NCBI GenBank assembly: GCA_963674825.1
Contig: OY771587.1
Location: forward strand, 3,552,001-3,616,000
DNA from: Candidatus Cloacimonadales bacterium
GTDB taxonomy: Bacteria > Cloacimonadota > Cloacimonadia > Cloacimonadales > JAIOQZ01
Length of the DNA: 64,000 nt
Direction of reading: 5' to 3'
The notes beneath the pieces were generated by a model. It did not search any database. It was not told the origin of the DNA and worked only from the letters and a program-made list of their open reading frames with translations. The stretch's first letter is position 1, and the number at the start of each line of letters is the position of its first letter. Position numbers and translations under genes: made by a program. Below are positions 21,607 through 32,760 of the stretch, piece by piece.

Positions 21607-23808
21607 ATGAATCGCGTATTGATCATCGAAGACGAATCCAGCATGAGGGATCTCTACAAGAGCCTGCTGGAAGACCAGTTTTATGAACTGTCGGAAGCGG
21701 AGAACGGCACGCAAGCGCTCGAAATGGCGAAAGAAGAGCCGTACGACCTCTATATAACCGATATCATGATGCCCAAGATGAGCGGAATGGAATTCCTTCG
21801 TGAGCTTAAAAAAGCCGACCCCAACGCGCATGTGATCATCGTCACCGGCTACGACGACATCTCGTACAACCGCAAGGCAATCGAATATGGCGCTTGGCGG
21901 TATCTGGTCAAGCCGGTCTCACGCGGAGAGTTTCTCAACGTCGTACGCATGGGTCTGATCGAACATAACAAGCTCGTAGATCCCGATTTCATGGATTTCG
22001 AACAAGTTCCGCAGCCAGTGCCTGAACCTGATAGCGAGTCTACCTCTGATTCAGCTCCGGAAGCTGAGCCTGAAGGAATCCTGGCGAATGAGCCGCTCCT
22101 CAAGGATATCACCTTTAAAAAGCTCGAACAGCTCAACGCCGAAGACGCCCTGGATATCTACCGTGAGAGCGAAGAAGACTTCCTCGAATTCGTTGAAATG
22201 CCACTCCAGCAACTTCTGGAAGAGATCGCGAATCAGCTACCCGAGTACATGCAATCCGTTCTAGAATCTGAAGAAAAGCTCTTCGAGCCGATTGTTCGTA
22301 AGCAAATGAAGAAAGAATTTGCCGTAAACTATTATTATGGCGCATTTTACCCGAAGGGTGGCAACAAGAGTCAGGACGGGCAACTCTATGTGGCCATCAA
22401 CGAAGATCGCTTCGAGTATGGTTTCATCATCGGAGAATACGGCGACGATCAGCGGCTTGTATTCATTGGCAACCTTCGCAATCATAAGGACCAATTGGTC
22501 GAGGATCTCGAAGACATCGTAAAGGATAGCTCCATTACGATGGGCTCACTTCTGGCAAAGCTCATGGATGCTGGTGAGATTGATCAGGATGAGATGACTC
22601 CCATCCTTTCTACGCCGAACAGCAGTCCCGGCGGTACGCATGCTTGCTATCAAATTCCGCGAGAGAAGGCAATCACTTATACGCTTGAATCAATGGTTGA
22701 GTTGGTTCTCGCCGGTTTTATTAAACTCTATCCTCTCCTGGTTCTAACGACCGGCAGCGATGCTCTGGAGAAGCTGAATCGGTCATCCAGCTTTATCCCA
22801 TCGCAGGAAGAGCTCGAATCCTGGTTGGAGAAAGAAATAACAACCGACACCTTTCAACAACAGGCACAACCCCAACTCCAGCCCAGACCTGCCAGTATTA
22901 CCGAGTTCCCAGCTGTCGAGACGCGTGAACCTGAGCCGTCAAGGCCAATTGTGCACGTTCCGGAGAGAAGATACGAGCCTCCAGCAGCGAGAATAGAGCC
23001 GGTTTACGAAAGCAGTTTTCTATTCTATCAGCCACGTTTTCTAGCTGACGAAGAACCAATTATCCCCGAACCTCCAGCTCGCTGGAAATCACTTCTCAAA
23101 CGCCGTCATCAGATATTCCTGCGCGGTGGATCAGATGTCCAGTACATGGCCGAAAACCTCGCACGGTTGATGATCAAAGATACTCAGGGCTTCCGTGACA
23201 CACTCATTTTGCATCCGTCTTTGAAATACAGCGATCTGGTCAGACAACCGAAATCAATCTATCCGGACGGCTTTATGCCGTTGTTCTTTGAGGCAGCCGG
23301 CAATACCGAAGAACCCTGTGTGTTGATTCTGAACCACTTCGATACCAGCGATCAGCTTGAAATCCTGGGAGAATACATCTATTTGCTTCAAAATCGCGGA
23401 ACCAAGCTTTCCATCACCCGTTCCAGCGAATTCCTTGTCGTGCCTAAAAACGTATATCTGATCGCGACCGGTAACGGCCCAATCGAAGACACGCGCGTGA
23501 GGGAGGTCTTCCCCACTATCGAATACAAACCCGATTATACGATCCTTGGCAACTACCTGCCAGACGAAAAGGCAATGGATTTGCTCAGCTTGCTGCAAGA
23601 GCTTTTCAACATGCAGCCAGAGCTGGAAAACGCGATCGGAGTTCAGCCGTTCCTGCGTGAGCGCGATGAGCTTGAAGAACTGATGCCAGATATCTGGGAC
23701 ATCGACATCCTGCCACTTTTTACCGCAACACTCCAGCAGAACGGCCTGAAACCTTCCGAATACAACTGGGAAAGGCTCGTTGAAACCAAGCTATCGAGCT
23801 GGAAATAA
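21607..23808 (+). CDS. Receiver domain fused to degenerate McrB-like protein
   Basis: REC (IEDE, TDIMMP, VTG, KP); C-terminal McrB-like AAA+ scaffold (HPSLKY, CVLIL, ILGEYIYLL, VPKNVYLIATGN) lacking Walker A/B. Confidence 0.75.
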   Translation: MNRVLIIEDESSMRDLYKSLLEDQFYELSEAENGTQALEMAKEEPYDLYITDIMMPKMSGMEFLRELKKADPNAHVIIVTGYDDISYNRKAIEYGAWRYLVKPVSRGEFLNVVRMGLIEHNKLVDPDFMDFEQVPQPVPEPDSESTSDSAPEAEPEGILANEPLLKDITFKKLEQLNAEDALDIYRESEEDFLEFVEMPLQQLLEEIANQLPEYMQSVLESEEKLFEPIVRKQMKKEFAVNYYYGAFYPKGGNKSQDGQLYVAINEDRFEYGFIIGEYGDDQRLVFIGNLRNHKDQLVEDLEDIVKDSSITMGSLLAKLMDAGEIDQDEMTPILSTPNSSPGGTHACYQIPREKAITYTLESMVELVLAGFIKLYPLLVLTTGSDALEKLNRSSSFIPSQEELESWLEKEITTDTFQQQAQPQLQPRPASITEFPAVETREPEPSRPIVHVPERRYEPPAARIEPVYESSFLFYQPRFLADEEPIIPEPPARWKSLLKRRHQIFLRGGSDVQYMAENLARLMIKDTQGFRDTLILHPSLKYSDLVRQPKSIYPDGFMPLFFEAAGNTEEPCVLILNHFDTSDQLEILGEYIYLLQNRGTKLSITRSSEFLVVPKNVYLIATGNGPIEDTRVREVFPTIEYKPDYTILGNYLPDEKAMDLLSLLQELFNMQPELENAIGVQPFLRERDELEELMPDIWDIDILPLFTATLQQNGLKPSEYNWERLVETKLSSWK

Positions 23809-24978
23809 GTTCACTTTCACCAGATTGATTTCTTCTACTTCACCATTTACGAGACGTGTAAGCTTCAGTTCTTTTACGCTGGGATCATCAATCCACTCCT
23901 GGATCTGGTGATTATCGAGCGCTGTAGCTTCTAATCCATTGATCGTCAGAATTTCATCTTCTGGATTGATACCAGCCAGATCAGCGGGAGATCCTTCCCA
24001 GACTCCTCGTACAATGAGCTTGTCCAATCGTCTAATAATACTCACGCCTGTTGAGAAGGATAGAGATTGCTCGATCGGATCAGTCTCTTGCAGCAGAACC
24101 ATGCGGTTGGGATAATCCAGTGTGGTTCGGTAGTCGTCCAGGAAGTGCTTACCAATGAGCATGGTGCCCTCATCAAGCATGTTTGGCAGATCGGCGAAGA
24201 GAACCGGGACATCCTTCAGCACTTTGTCGCCGATACGAATCTCATCAATCAGAGCGAGCGCGTTGCGCTGCTGCTCCGTAAATGGCCACTTCGCGAAGAA
24301 TCCCTTTGCTTTCATTACCCTGGCATCCGGAAACTTCTCGAGGAGTTCGTACGGTAAAACAAAGGCGTGATTCAGCCCGGTGTCGATCATACCATTGAGC
24401 TTCATCTTGCTGTTGACCTTCGTTTGCACTGTAGGGAAATAGGGCGCGATGATCTTCATTTTAAGCAGCAAATCACCCTGGTTCTCTTTGGTAAGCTTGG
24501 ATGGATTGCGGAAGGTGATTTCATTTCGGTTGTAATCGAACGTGACCTGGAAGAAGCGCAGGAAATCGGATCCGAGCATTCCATCGAGCTTGATATTGCT
24601 GATCTTGAAGGTATCGCCAAATGGCATAACTGCGGCTTTGAGGTTGCGCACTTCGACGCCGTTCAGTCGGATGCTTTCAACTTTGGCCAGCGAAACCCCT
24701 TCTTGTGGAGTTGCATGCAGTTCGAGGTTCAAGGTATCCGCCACTTCACGCCCGATCATGGTCATGCCTCCAGTATCCAGCACGATTGGAATTTCGCGGC
24801 CATTGAATTCGGGATGCAACGTGATAACATGCGCTGAATTCAATTCGAACGGCACGAGTTTCTCGCCGTCCAGAGGGCTCACTTCTCCACCCTTAGCCTG
24901 TTCAACAAGTTTTACTTTTACGTCACTGCACCCCATCATGCTAACGAGTAAAAGGATCATTAAAATTATAAGTCTCAT
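23791..24978 (-). CDS. Lipoprotein aspartyl protease (two retropepsin-like domains) with PDZ domain
   Basis: Lipobox MMGC; VLDTGG and MIDTG; GMLGSDFL; GSPADLAGI...EILTING (PDZ). Confidence 0.88.
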   Translation of the reverse strand: MRLIILMILLLVSMMGCSDVKVKLVEQAKGGEVSPLDGEKLVPFELNSAHVITLHPEFNGREIPIVLDTGGMTMIGREVADTLNLELHATPQEGVSLAKVESIRLNGVEVRNLKAAVMPFGDTFKISNIKLDGMLGSDFLRFFQVTFDYNRNEITFRNPSKLTKENQGDLLLKMKIIAPYFPTVQTKVNSKMKLNGMIDTGLNHAFVLPYELLEKFPDARVMKAKGFFAKWPFTEQQRNALALIDEIRIGDKVLKDVPVLFADLPNMLDEGTMLIGKHFLDDYRTTLDYPNRMVLLQETDPIEQSLSFSTGVSIIRRLDKLIVRGVWEGSPADLAGINPEDEILTINGLEATALDNHQIQEWIDDPSVKELKLTRLVNGEVEEINLVKVNLFPAR

Positions 24979-25592
24979 GCGTCCTCCCTATTGGGTTTGA
25001 GTAGTGTTGTCAGTAATTCGTATATATCATTCACCTGTTTGTCTATGTCCGATTCACGATCGAATGATTGGATCATTGGCAGCCCCTCGATTATCGCATG
25101 GATCATGAGAGCAAGGGTTGCTGCATCGATATCATTGCGTATGACACCTTCTCGCTGTGCTTGCTCGATCAGCAGTTTTTTAGTCTCTTCCGTTCTCTTG
25201 AAGATGCGATCAATCTTTTGGCGGATATTGTCGTTATCACGTGCAAGCGCCATACAGAGATCGTTGAATCCCATGCTGAAATCGTCAGTCTTTTCTCGAT
25301 CCAGAAGGATGTTCTCAATATGATAAAACTGTGGGATAGTAATGATGAAGTATCGCATGAAATCGTGGAACGTATTTGCTTTCATAATATTCCGTTGACT
25401 CCATGCATACGCTTTTTCTTCGAAGTAATCGATCACGCTTTCGGCAAGAATCTGCTTACTTTCGAAATGGTGATAAACCGCAGGCTTGGATATCCCTACC
25501 TGTTTAGCGATTTCATTCATGGACGTACGGTCGTATCCATACTTGAGGAATCGTTCGAGCGCGGTTCTGATAATAATCTCTTTGGTATCCAA
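24975..25592 (-). CDS. TetR/AcrR family transcriptional regulator
   Basis: FLKYGYDRTSMNEIAKQVGISKPAVYHHFESK; TTG start after AGGAGG. Confidence 0.93.
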   Translation of the reverse strand: MDTKEIIIRTALERFLKYGYDRTSMNEIAKQVGISKPAVYHHFESKQILAESVIDYFEEKAYAWSQRNIMKANTFHDFMRYFIITIPQFYHIENILLDREKTDDFSMGFNDLCMALARDNDNIRQKIDRIFKRTEETKKLLIEQAQREGVIRNDIDAATLALMIHAIIEGLPMIQSFDRESDIDKQVNDIYELLTTLLKPNREDA

Positions 25593-25601
25593 ATCAACCT
25601 C

Positions 25602-25617
25602 CTTACCGGTAGGTAAG
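25602..25617. promoter_or_regulatory. Probable TetR autoregulatory operator
   Basis: Inverted repeat CTTACC-N4-GGTAAG abutting the tetR RBS; TTGACA on minus strand at 25639-25644. Confidence 0.6.
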
Positions 25618-25714
25618 TAATTCTGTGGCGATACTACATGTCAAGAGTTTTTATCAAACATCGTACGCTGGCTGCTATCGCCTTCGCGCCGCTCATTACT
25701 TCCCTGAATTGCAC

Positions 25715-25740
25715 AAAAAAAGGGCGAATCGCTTCGCCCT
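25715..25740 (-). terminator. Intrinsic terminator after OTCase gene
   Basis: Minus strand AGGGCGAA-GCGA-TTCGCCCT followed by a T tract. Confidence 0.85.
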
Positions 25741-25759
25741 CAAGATATATACCTTCGGA

Positions 25760-26758
25760 TTAACCGAGTGTGGCAACCATCACGGCTTTGATGGTGTGCA
25801 TACGGTTCTCGGCTTCCTGGAAGACGTGTGACTGAGGGCTTTCGAAGACCTCGTCAGTTACTTCCATTTCAGTGATTCCGAATTTCTCGAAGATTTCCTT
25901 ACCGACTTTGGTATCGGTATTGTGGAATGAAGGCAGGCAGTGCAGGAAGATGGTTCCCGGTTTACCGGTCTTGTTCATGAGTTCGCGGTTGATCTGATAC
26001 GGTTTGAGCAGAGTGATACGCTCTTCCCAAACTTCTGCCGGTTCGCCCATGGATACCCAGACGTCGGTGTAGATTACGTCTGCGCCTTTGACGCCCTCAG
26101 CGGTGTCGTCGGTGACGGTGATCTTCGCGCCGGTTTCTTTGGCGATTTCCTGGCATTTGAGGAGCAGTTCGGCATTCGGCTGAAGGCTCTTGGGGCCCAC
26201 AGCGCGGAAGTCCATACCCATCTTGGCTGCGCCAACCATCAGCGAGTTGCAAACGTTGTTGCGAGCGTCTCCGACATATGCGAATACGATGTCTTCATAG
26301 GGTTTGCGCAGGCATTCGTGCGCGGTGAGGAAGTCAGCCAGAACCTGCGTCGGATGAAATTCGTCGGTCAGTCCGTTCCAAACGGGGACGCCTGCGTTAT
26401 CGGCGAGTTCTTCCACGATTTTCTGTCCGTAGCCGCGATATTCGATACCGTCGTACATTCCGCCCAGAACGTGCGCGGTGTCTTTCATGGTCTCTTTATG
26501 TCCGATCTGGCTTCCCGAAGGTCCCAGATAGGTTACGTGTGCACCCTGATCGTACGCTGCCACTTCAAATGCGCAGCGAGTGCGGGTCGATGATTTCTCG
26601 AAAATAAGTGCGATGTTTTTACCGGTGAGCTGTTTCTGTTCGATACCGGCGTACTTGGCGTTTTTCAGGTCCCTTGAAAGGTCCAGCAAAAAGCGGATTT
26701 CTCTCGGCGTAAAATCCAGCAGGGTCAAGAAATGCCTGTTTTTCAGGTTGAAAGCCAT
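25760..26758 (-). CDS. arcB: Ornithine carbamoyltransferase (probably catabolic ArcB type)
   Basis: SSTRTR, HPTQ, DVWVSMG, HCLP; start [11 protein letters not shown] at 26758 after AAGGAGG; DGIEYRG. Confidence 0.9.
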   Translation of the reverse strand: MAFNLKNRHFLTLLDFTPREIRFLLDLSRDLKNAKYAGIEQKQLTGKNIALIFEKSSTRTRCAFEVAAYDQGAHVTYLGPSGSQIGHKETMKDTAHVLGGMYDGIEYRGYGQKIVEELADNAGVPVWNGLTDEFHPTQVLADFLTAHECLRKPYEDIVFAYVGDARNNVCNSLMVGAAKMGMDFRAVGPKSLQPNAELLLKCQEIAKETGAKITVTDDTAEGVKGADVIYTDVWVSMGEPAEVWEERITLLKPYQINRELMNKTGKPGTIFLHCLPSFHNTDTKVGKEIFEKFGITEMEVTDEVFESPQSHVFQEAENRMHTIKAVMVATLG

Positions 26759-26988
26759 ACACTCCTCCTTGGATTGATTGACGTCAAACTTCCTGTTTAA
26801 CGATAGATGGCAAGAAAAATCTTGTGCGTTATCATGCGTTTGGAAAATGTGTTCGGTGGTTACCCTCTCCAAACTTCTAAATGTTTGGATAGCGTCTGAT
26901 AAACTTCCGACAATATAGTACCCTCTGAATCTGATCAAGGCGATGCAATGGTACTTATATTGTTGGGTATAATAAAAAGGAAATTGCT

Positions 26989-28878
26989 ATGAGTCTTGTA
27001 CAAGTATCGGGGCTGACGCACCATTTCGGTGGTTTCACCCTGTTCGATAATCTATCGCTCTCCATCGAGCATAACACCCGCATCGGGCTGGTGGGGCGCA
27101 ACGGAAGCGGAAAGACCACTTTGCTGGAAATGATCTTGGGTCGCATGACACCCACGGATGGAAAGCCGCAGGTCGCCAATCGCTGCCGAATCGCATACCT
27201 TACTCAGGAACCCGAATTACCAGAAGACCAGACCGTCTATCAGTACGTGTCCGGCGCAAGACAGGATATTCTCGATCTGCATCAGGAAATTCGCGATACA
27301 GAGCATGCGCTGGCGGAGGACAACACCACCGAAAACCAGATCCGTCTGGCGGAGCTCAACGATCACTTTCTCGCACTTGACGGATTCGGCTACGAAAACC
27401 AGCTCGAGATCGTTCTGACCAAGCTCAATTTGTTGCGTCCTCTTTGGGATCGCAAAATCGGGCTGCTCAGTGGTGGCGAAAAGACTCGCACCCAGCTTGC
27501 ACGCATCCTTCTGGAACCTTTTGATTTGCTCCTCATGGACGAGCCCACCAATCATCTCGATTTTAGCATGATCTTCTGGCTGGAGAAATACCTGCCGTCT
27601 CTGGGCAAGCCATATCTCATCATCAGCCACGACCGCCATTTCCTGGACGCGACGGTCACCAAGATCGGCGAAATCCGCGAGAAGCGGCTCTTCCTCTACG
27701 GTGGAAACTACTCGCAGTACGAGTTCGAGAAGAATCGTCAGGAGGAGACACAGCTCAAGCAGTTCAAGCAGCAACAGAAGCTGATCGCCAAGACCGAGGA
27801 TTTCATCCGCAAGAATATGGCCGGCCAAAAGGTGCAGCAGGCGAAATCTCGCCTCAGGATGCTGGAAAAGATGGATCGGATCGAGAAACCGATGACCGAA
27901 TCGGTCGTCAAACTGCGCATCGACAGCCAGGGGCGTAGCGGTAACGACGTTTTCCGGATGGATAACTGTAGAATCGGCTTCCCGAATCTCACACTTGCAG
28001 ACAAGGTCGATCTCAACGTCTTCTACCAGGATCGCATCGCCATCATCGGGCGAAATGGAAGCGGTAAGACGACACTCCTGAGAACCCTCATCGGAGAGCA
28101 GAATATCCTCGGCGGCAAGCTCTATCGTGGAGCCAGCCTCAATATCGGATATTACGACCAGATGCATATCAACCTCACCAACGGCAAGACCATTCGCGAG
28201 ACCATATGGGAACTTATGCCCGGCGCGCCACAGGGTGAGGTGATCGGTTATCTTGCGCGTTTCGGCTTCTACGGCGACGCGCTTGAGAAGATGGTGGACG
28301 TGCTGAGTGGTGGTGAGAAGGCAAGGCTCTATCTTTCCGTGCTGATCATGCAAAAACCCAACCTGCTCATACTCGACGAGCCCACCAACCACCTGGATAT
28401 CCTCACAGTAGGTAATCTCGAAAAAGCGCTTCAGGATTATACCGGCACCGTGATCTTCGTCTCGCACGACCTCACCTTCGTGGAGAACGTTGCCACCCGT
28501 AAATGGTTCTTCGGCGGTGGCAAGGTAGAAGAGACTGAGCTTTCCATTCAGGAACTCTTCGATCTCGAGCGGAAAGTCGATAAGAAGACTGACCGTTCCG
28601 ACAAGACGCAGCGAACCAATCCGCGCAAGGCTCGAACCAACCCCATCGTGCTCGAACGTCTGATGGACGAGATCGACGAGAAGGGAATCGAGATTCAGAA
28701 TAAACGGGATCAGCTCCACGAGAAGGAGATTACTTACGCCGATCCTTCTACTTACAGCGATTCCGAGAAAATCAGGACGCTCCAGGTGGAAATCAACGAC
28801 CTCAAGGTCGAGATCGAACGGCTGTCTCTGGAGAAAGAAGAAATGGAAGATCGATACCTCGAGATGAGTAGCGAATAA
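26989..28878 (+). CDS. ABC-F family ATPase (Uup/YheS-like)
   Basis: Two GRNGSGKTT, two LSGGEK, two DEPTNHLD; no TM; coiled-coil tail. Confidence 0.93.
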   Translation: MSLVQVSGLTHHFGGFTLFDNLSLSIEHNTRIGLVGRNGSGKTTLLEMILGRMTPTDGKPQVANRCRIAYLTQEPELPEDQTVYQYVSGARQDILDLHQEIRDTEHALAEDNTTENQIRLAELNDHFLALDGFGYENQLEIVLTKLNLLRPLWDRKIGLLSGGEKTRTQLARILLEPFDLLLMDEPTNHLDFSMIFWLEKYLPSLGKPYLIISHDRHFLDATVTKIGEIREKRLFLYGGNYSQYEFEKNRQEETQLKQFKQQQKLIAKTEDFIRKNMAGQKVQQAKSRLRMLEKMDRIEKPMTESVVKLRIDSQGRSGNDVFRMDNCRIGFPNLTLADKVDLNVFYQDRIAIIGRNGSGKTTLLRTLIGEQNILGGKLYRGASLNIGYYDQMHINLTNGKTIRETIWELMPGAPQGEVIGYLARFGFYGDALEKMVDVLSGGEKARLYLSVLIMQKPNLLILDEPTNHLDILTVGNLEKALQDYTGTVIFVSHDLTFVENVATRKWFFGGGKVEETELSIQELFDLERKVDKKTDRSDKTQRTNPRKARTNPIVLERLMDEIDEKGIEIQNKRDQLHEKEITYADPSTYSDSEKIRTLQVEINDLKVEIERLSLEKEEMEDRYLEMSSE

Positions 28879-28894
28879 AAGAGGTTCGTGTACG

Positions 28895-29860
28895 ATGAAA
28901 AAAATAGGATTTACCTCGTCATTCCCGGTTGAAACCGTCTTTGCGGCCGGTATGAAGCCGGTTGATCTGAACAATATCTTCATCACCGGCAAGGCGGCCG
29001 GATTCGTAGAATCGGCAGAGTTCGACGGCTTTCCAAGAAACGTCTGCGCCTGGATCAAGGGACTCTATTCTGTGGGTAGAAGTGAGTTCGATACCATCGT
29101 GGGAATCACCGGTGGCGACTGCTCCAACACCCATTCACTCATGAGTCTGTACCAGGAGCACGGCGTCGAAGTCATCCCATTCTCTTTTCCTTACGAGAAG
29201 AACCGAGAAGAATTGGATCGTGAAATCAGCCGTCTGGAAGCCAGATTCGGAATCGATAGAATGCAGACCGAGTTTGCCAAACAAAGGCTCGACAAGATTC
29301 GCAAACGGCTCATCGAACTTGATCGCATGACCTGGCAGGATGGCGTGGTTACCGGCTGTGAAAACCACTTCTGGCTGGTCAATTCCTCTGATTTCGAAGG
29401 TGATCCAGACGATTTCGAGACTCGCCTGAACGAATTCATCGTGCTGGCCGCGCGACGCAAACCGGAAAAGGATCGCGTTCGTCTCGGATTCATCGGCGTC
29501 CCCCCTATTATCGACGATCTGTACGACTTCCTGGAAAAAAACGGTGCTCGTATCGTTTTCAACGAGGTGCAACGGCAATTTGCAATGCCATATCTGGAAG
29601 AGGATATCCTCGATCAATACCTACACTACACCTATCCGTACACGGTTTTCGACAGGCTTCAGGACATTACTCAGGAGATTGAGCGCCGTAAACTTGACGG
29701 CATCATAAGCTACACGCAGGCATTCTGTCACAGACAGATCGACAACATCGTCCTCAAACGCCACATCGATATCCCGACGCTGACCCTGGAAGCTGACCGC
29801 CCCGGTAGCCTGGATTCGCAGGCACGTCTCCGCATCGAAAGCTTTCTGGAGATGCTCTGA
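28895..29860 (+). CDS. 2-hydroxyacyl-CoA dehydratase family subunit
   Basis: FPRNVCAWIKG, GGDCSN, YTQAFCHR, LRIESFLEML. Confidence 0.8.
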   Translation: MKKIGFTSSFPVETVFAAGMKPVDLNNIFITGKAAGFVESAEFDGFPRNVCAWIKGLYSVGRSEFDTIVGITGGDCSNTHSLMSLYQEHGVEVIPFSFPYEKNREELDREISRLEARFGIDRMQTEFAKQRLDKIRKRLIELDRMTWQDGVVTGCENHFWLVNSSDFEGDPDDFETRLNEFIVLAARRKPEKDRVRLGFIGVPPIIDDLYDFLEKNGARIVFNEVQRQFAMPYLEEDILDQYLHYTYPYTVFDRLQDITQEIERRKLDGIISYTQAFCHRQIDNIVLKRHIDIPTLTLEADRPGSLDSQARLRIESFLEML

Positions 29861-30083
29861 TTCCATATTGATCGGTCATTTTGAATGATTCACTCATTTT
29901 GAACGAATCACTCATTTTGACCGCTCGCCCCTGAAACACTCCTATATTACTGCACAATAGCGTCTTACAACTATATCCAGGTAATCGTCTGTTTTGGCAT
30001 CACTAATGCGATATACTGATTCTGTATTCATAATGAGGTGTAACGTGAAAAAACACAGAAACAGTATTGAACGAGGTGGTTAC

Positions 30084-30266
30084 ATGCAAATTGATAACAC
30101 AACATACGCTTGCGATGTTTCAATCGACGCGGAAGAATTCTACAATGTCCGCCTGATTCCGGATGTGCAACAGGCTGAAACCAGGCTTTTTGAAATTAAT
30201 TATCCGGATACTGCTCAGTCTATGAATCTGCGCGGAACAGGATTACCGCGCGTGAATCGTATATAA
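30084..30266 (+). CDS. Possible 60-aa hypothetical protein
   Basis: GAGGTGG RBS before ATG 30084; no recognisable motif. Confidence 0.35.
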   Translation: MQIDNTTYACDVSIDAEEFYNVRLIPDVQQAETRLFEINYPDTAQSMNLRGTGLPRVNRI

Positions 30267-30510
30267 AGATATTTATCCCGGAATCTCCGACATATTTTAT
30301 CCATCCTCCTTATCAACTATTCATTAAATTACTTATAAACTGCATTGATTCAATAAGATAAAAAACGCGCCCTACATTACAGATTATTTCATGCATAAAA
30401 TGAGACTCACTCACTATTAATATATACACGACCTACTCGGTGGATTATTCTTGACAGACGCTTCACGAATTTCATATTTATTATATTTCGTTGATGAACA
30501 GGAGGCTCCT

Positions 30511-32673
30511 ATGAGTACGCAATCATCATCTCGGAAGTTCGCAATGCACGCCACCCTCACGCTCTTGTATTTCACTATCCCAGGGATTGTCGCTCTGCTT
30601 GCGATCTCCAGCATAAATGACCATTCAAATGAATCTGCAAACACATGGCTCGTTTCCTATCTCATTGTTTTCATTACTTGTTTGAGTTTTCTTACCTGGA
30701 AACTCGTCTCCCGGCATCGTAAGCAGAATCGTGCTCTCCAGCAATTACTGGACGAAACCGGAAGCATGGCTCGAGCAATCAAGGCAGGTAATCTCTCGTA
30801 TCGTGCTAATCCAACAAATGTCGAAAATCAATACTCGCAAATCATTAATGACTTCAATCGCATGATATCCACCTGTCACGGACCGATGAAAATCATGCAG
30901 GATCACATCGAGCAGATTGCCACGGGACAGATACCGCCCAAAATCGAAGAGGAATATAGCGGTGAACTGGATCAAATCAGACGTAGCATCAATAAGGCGG
31001 TCAGCGTAACGGAGAACCTACTTGGTGAAGCAAGACTCTTGATCATCGCAATCAAAGCCGGAAAACTCGATGTTCGTGGCGATTGGTCAAAGTTCGAGAA
31101 TCGTTGGGCAAAGCTGATCTATGGTATCAACGAAGTCGTAGAAAACTTTGTCGAGCCCATCCAGATCACATCCGAAAAAATCCTTGCGATCAGTCAGGGT
31201 GTTATCCCAAAGAAGGTCGAGCAGAAGTTCGAGGGTGATTTCAACATTCTGATATCCAGCATCAACACTGCCATTGACGGGCTGCAAGCACTTGAAAACG
31301 CAAACCGCATCTTGCAGAAAGTGGCGGTGAACGATCTGACCGAAAGGGCATCCGAAAACTACCACGGTATCTTCAACAACATTTCGGGAGCGGTAAACGC
31401 TGTGATCGAGAACCTGCATAAAATCGAAGATGCTTCCGAGAAGTTGTCACGTGGTGATATGAGAGCCCTCACCGACTTCCAGAAGATGGAACGGCTCTCG
31501 AAAAACGATATCCTAACGCCATCGCTGCAATCTATGATCGCGGCGATCAATTCCATGGTGGAAGAGGCACGCAGCCTGATGCGCGCCGTACTGATGGGCG
31601 ACCTTAAAAATCGTGCGGATCTCGAACAGTTTGATGGCGAGTTCAGGACTGTCATCAGTGGGATCAACCAGATCATGAACGTCATCATGAAACCGATCGA
31701 AGAAGTAATGTGCGTGATGGAGCGAATCGCCGAGAAGGACCTTACGCCTTGCGTTAAGGGCAACTACAAGGGTCAACTGGCTGAGTTCCAGGAGAACGTG
31801 AACAATGCCGCATCCAATCTACGCAACGCGTTACAGCAGGTCGAATCATCCGTGTCGCAGATCGATTCGGCGTCGATACAGATTTCCGACGGTGCTCAAA
31901 ATCTGGCGCAGGGAGCATCTCAACAGGCGGAATCGCTTCATGGGGTGAATGACAACGTGAAGGAGATGGAACGTCTCACGCAGCTCAATGCGGAAAATGC
32001 ACAAGTTGGCGCGAAGCTCGCTAAAGAAACACTCGAGAAGGTCGATGCCGGCACAAACGCAATGAATCGAATGAACGAAGCGATATCGGCAATTGCGGCA
32101 TCATCTGAGGAGACAGGTAAGATTCTCAAGACCATCGATGAAATAGCATTCCAGACCAATATACTGGCATTGAACGCTGCGGTGGAAGCTGCACGGGCCG
32201 GGGCGGCAGGAAAAGGCTTTGCCGTTGTTGCGGAAGAAGTGAAAAACCTCGCGCAGCGAAGTGCATCCGCTGCACACGACACCGGAATTCTGATCGAAGA
32301 AGCCAAGCGAAACGCGACAAGCGGTGTATCGATTGTCAGCGACGCTACGACGCGCTTTGAGGAGATTCAGGAGAGCATCGAGAAGGTTAACGGAATCATA
32401 CAACAAGTCAGCGAGATATCTCAGGCGCAGACCTCCGAGATCCGCAATATCAATTCAGCTCTCGGTGAGCTGAACCACGTGACGCAGGCGAATGCTTCCA
32501 ACGCCGAAGAATCCTCGAGCGCTTCCGAAGAATTACGCAGTCAGGCTCATGAGCTCAAGGCGATGGTGGCGCAATTCGATATTGAGGTTGATCCTGATCT
32601 CGAGCCAGACAGGCATCTCCCCCAACCCGAGCGTCGAATCAAAGAAATCGAGTTTATGGAGGACGAAGCCTGA
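30511..32673 (+). CDS. Methyl-accepting chemotaxis protein with poly-HAMP linker
   Basis: [43 protein letters not shown]; two N-terminal TMs; repeated HAMP-like units; ATG 30511 after AGGAGG. Confidence 0.93.
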   Translation: MSTQSSSRKFAMHATLTLLYFTIPGIVALLAISSINDHSNESANTWLVSYLIVFITCLSFLTWKLVSRHRKQNRALQQLLDETGSMARAIKAGNLSYRANPTNVENQYSQIINDFNRMISTCHGPMKIMQDHIEQIATGQIPPKIEEEYSGELDQIRRSINKAVSVTENLLGEARLLIIAIKAGKLDVRGDWSKFENRWAKLIYGINEVVENFVEPIQITSEKILAISQGVIPKKVEQKFEGDFNILISSINTAIDGLQALENANRILQKVAVNDLTERASENYHGIFNNISGAVNAVIENLHKIEDASEKLSRGDMRALTDFQKMERLSKNDILTPSLQSMIAAINSMVEEARSLMRAVLMGDLKNRADLEQFDGEFRTVISGINQIMNVIMKPIEEVMCVMERIAEKDLTPCVKGNYKGQLAEFQENVNNAASNLRNALQQVESSVSQIDSASIQISDGAQNLAQGASQQAESLHGVNDNVKEMERLTQLNAENAQVGAKLAKETLEKVDAGTNAMNRMNEAISAIAASSEETGKILKTIDEIAFQTNILALNAAVEAARAGAAGKGFAVVAEEVKNLAQRSASAAHDTGILIEEAKRNATSGVSIVSDATTRFEEIQESIEKVNGIIQQVSEISQAQTSEIRNINSALGELNHVTQANASNAEESSSASEELRSQAHELKAMVAQFDIEVDPDLEPDRHLPQPERRIKEIEFMEDEA

Positions 32674-32760
32674 TATCGACCAATCGACAATAAGCAGATA
32701 TTGTTTAGAATCCCTTCGAACGTAATTTGATTAGGAAGAAAGCTCAGAGATAGTATAAAC

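Noticed and set aside
27217..29058. 613-aa minus-strand ORF
   Set aside because: Antisense shadow of the ABC-F gene caused by codon bias; no motifs
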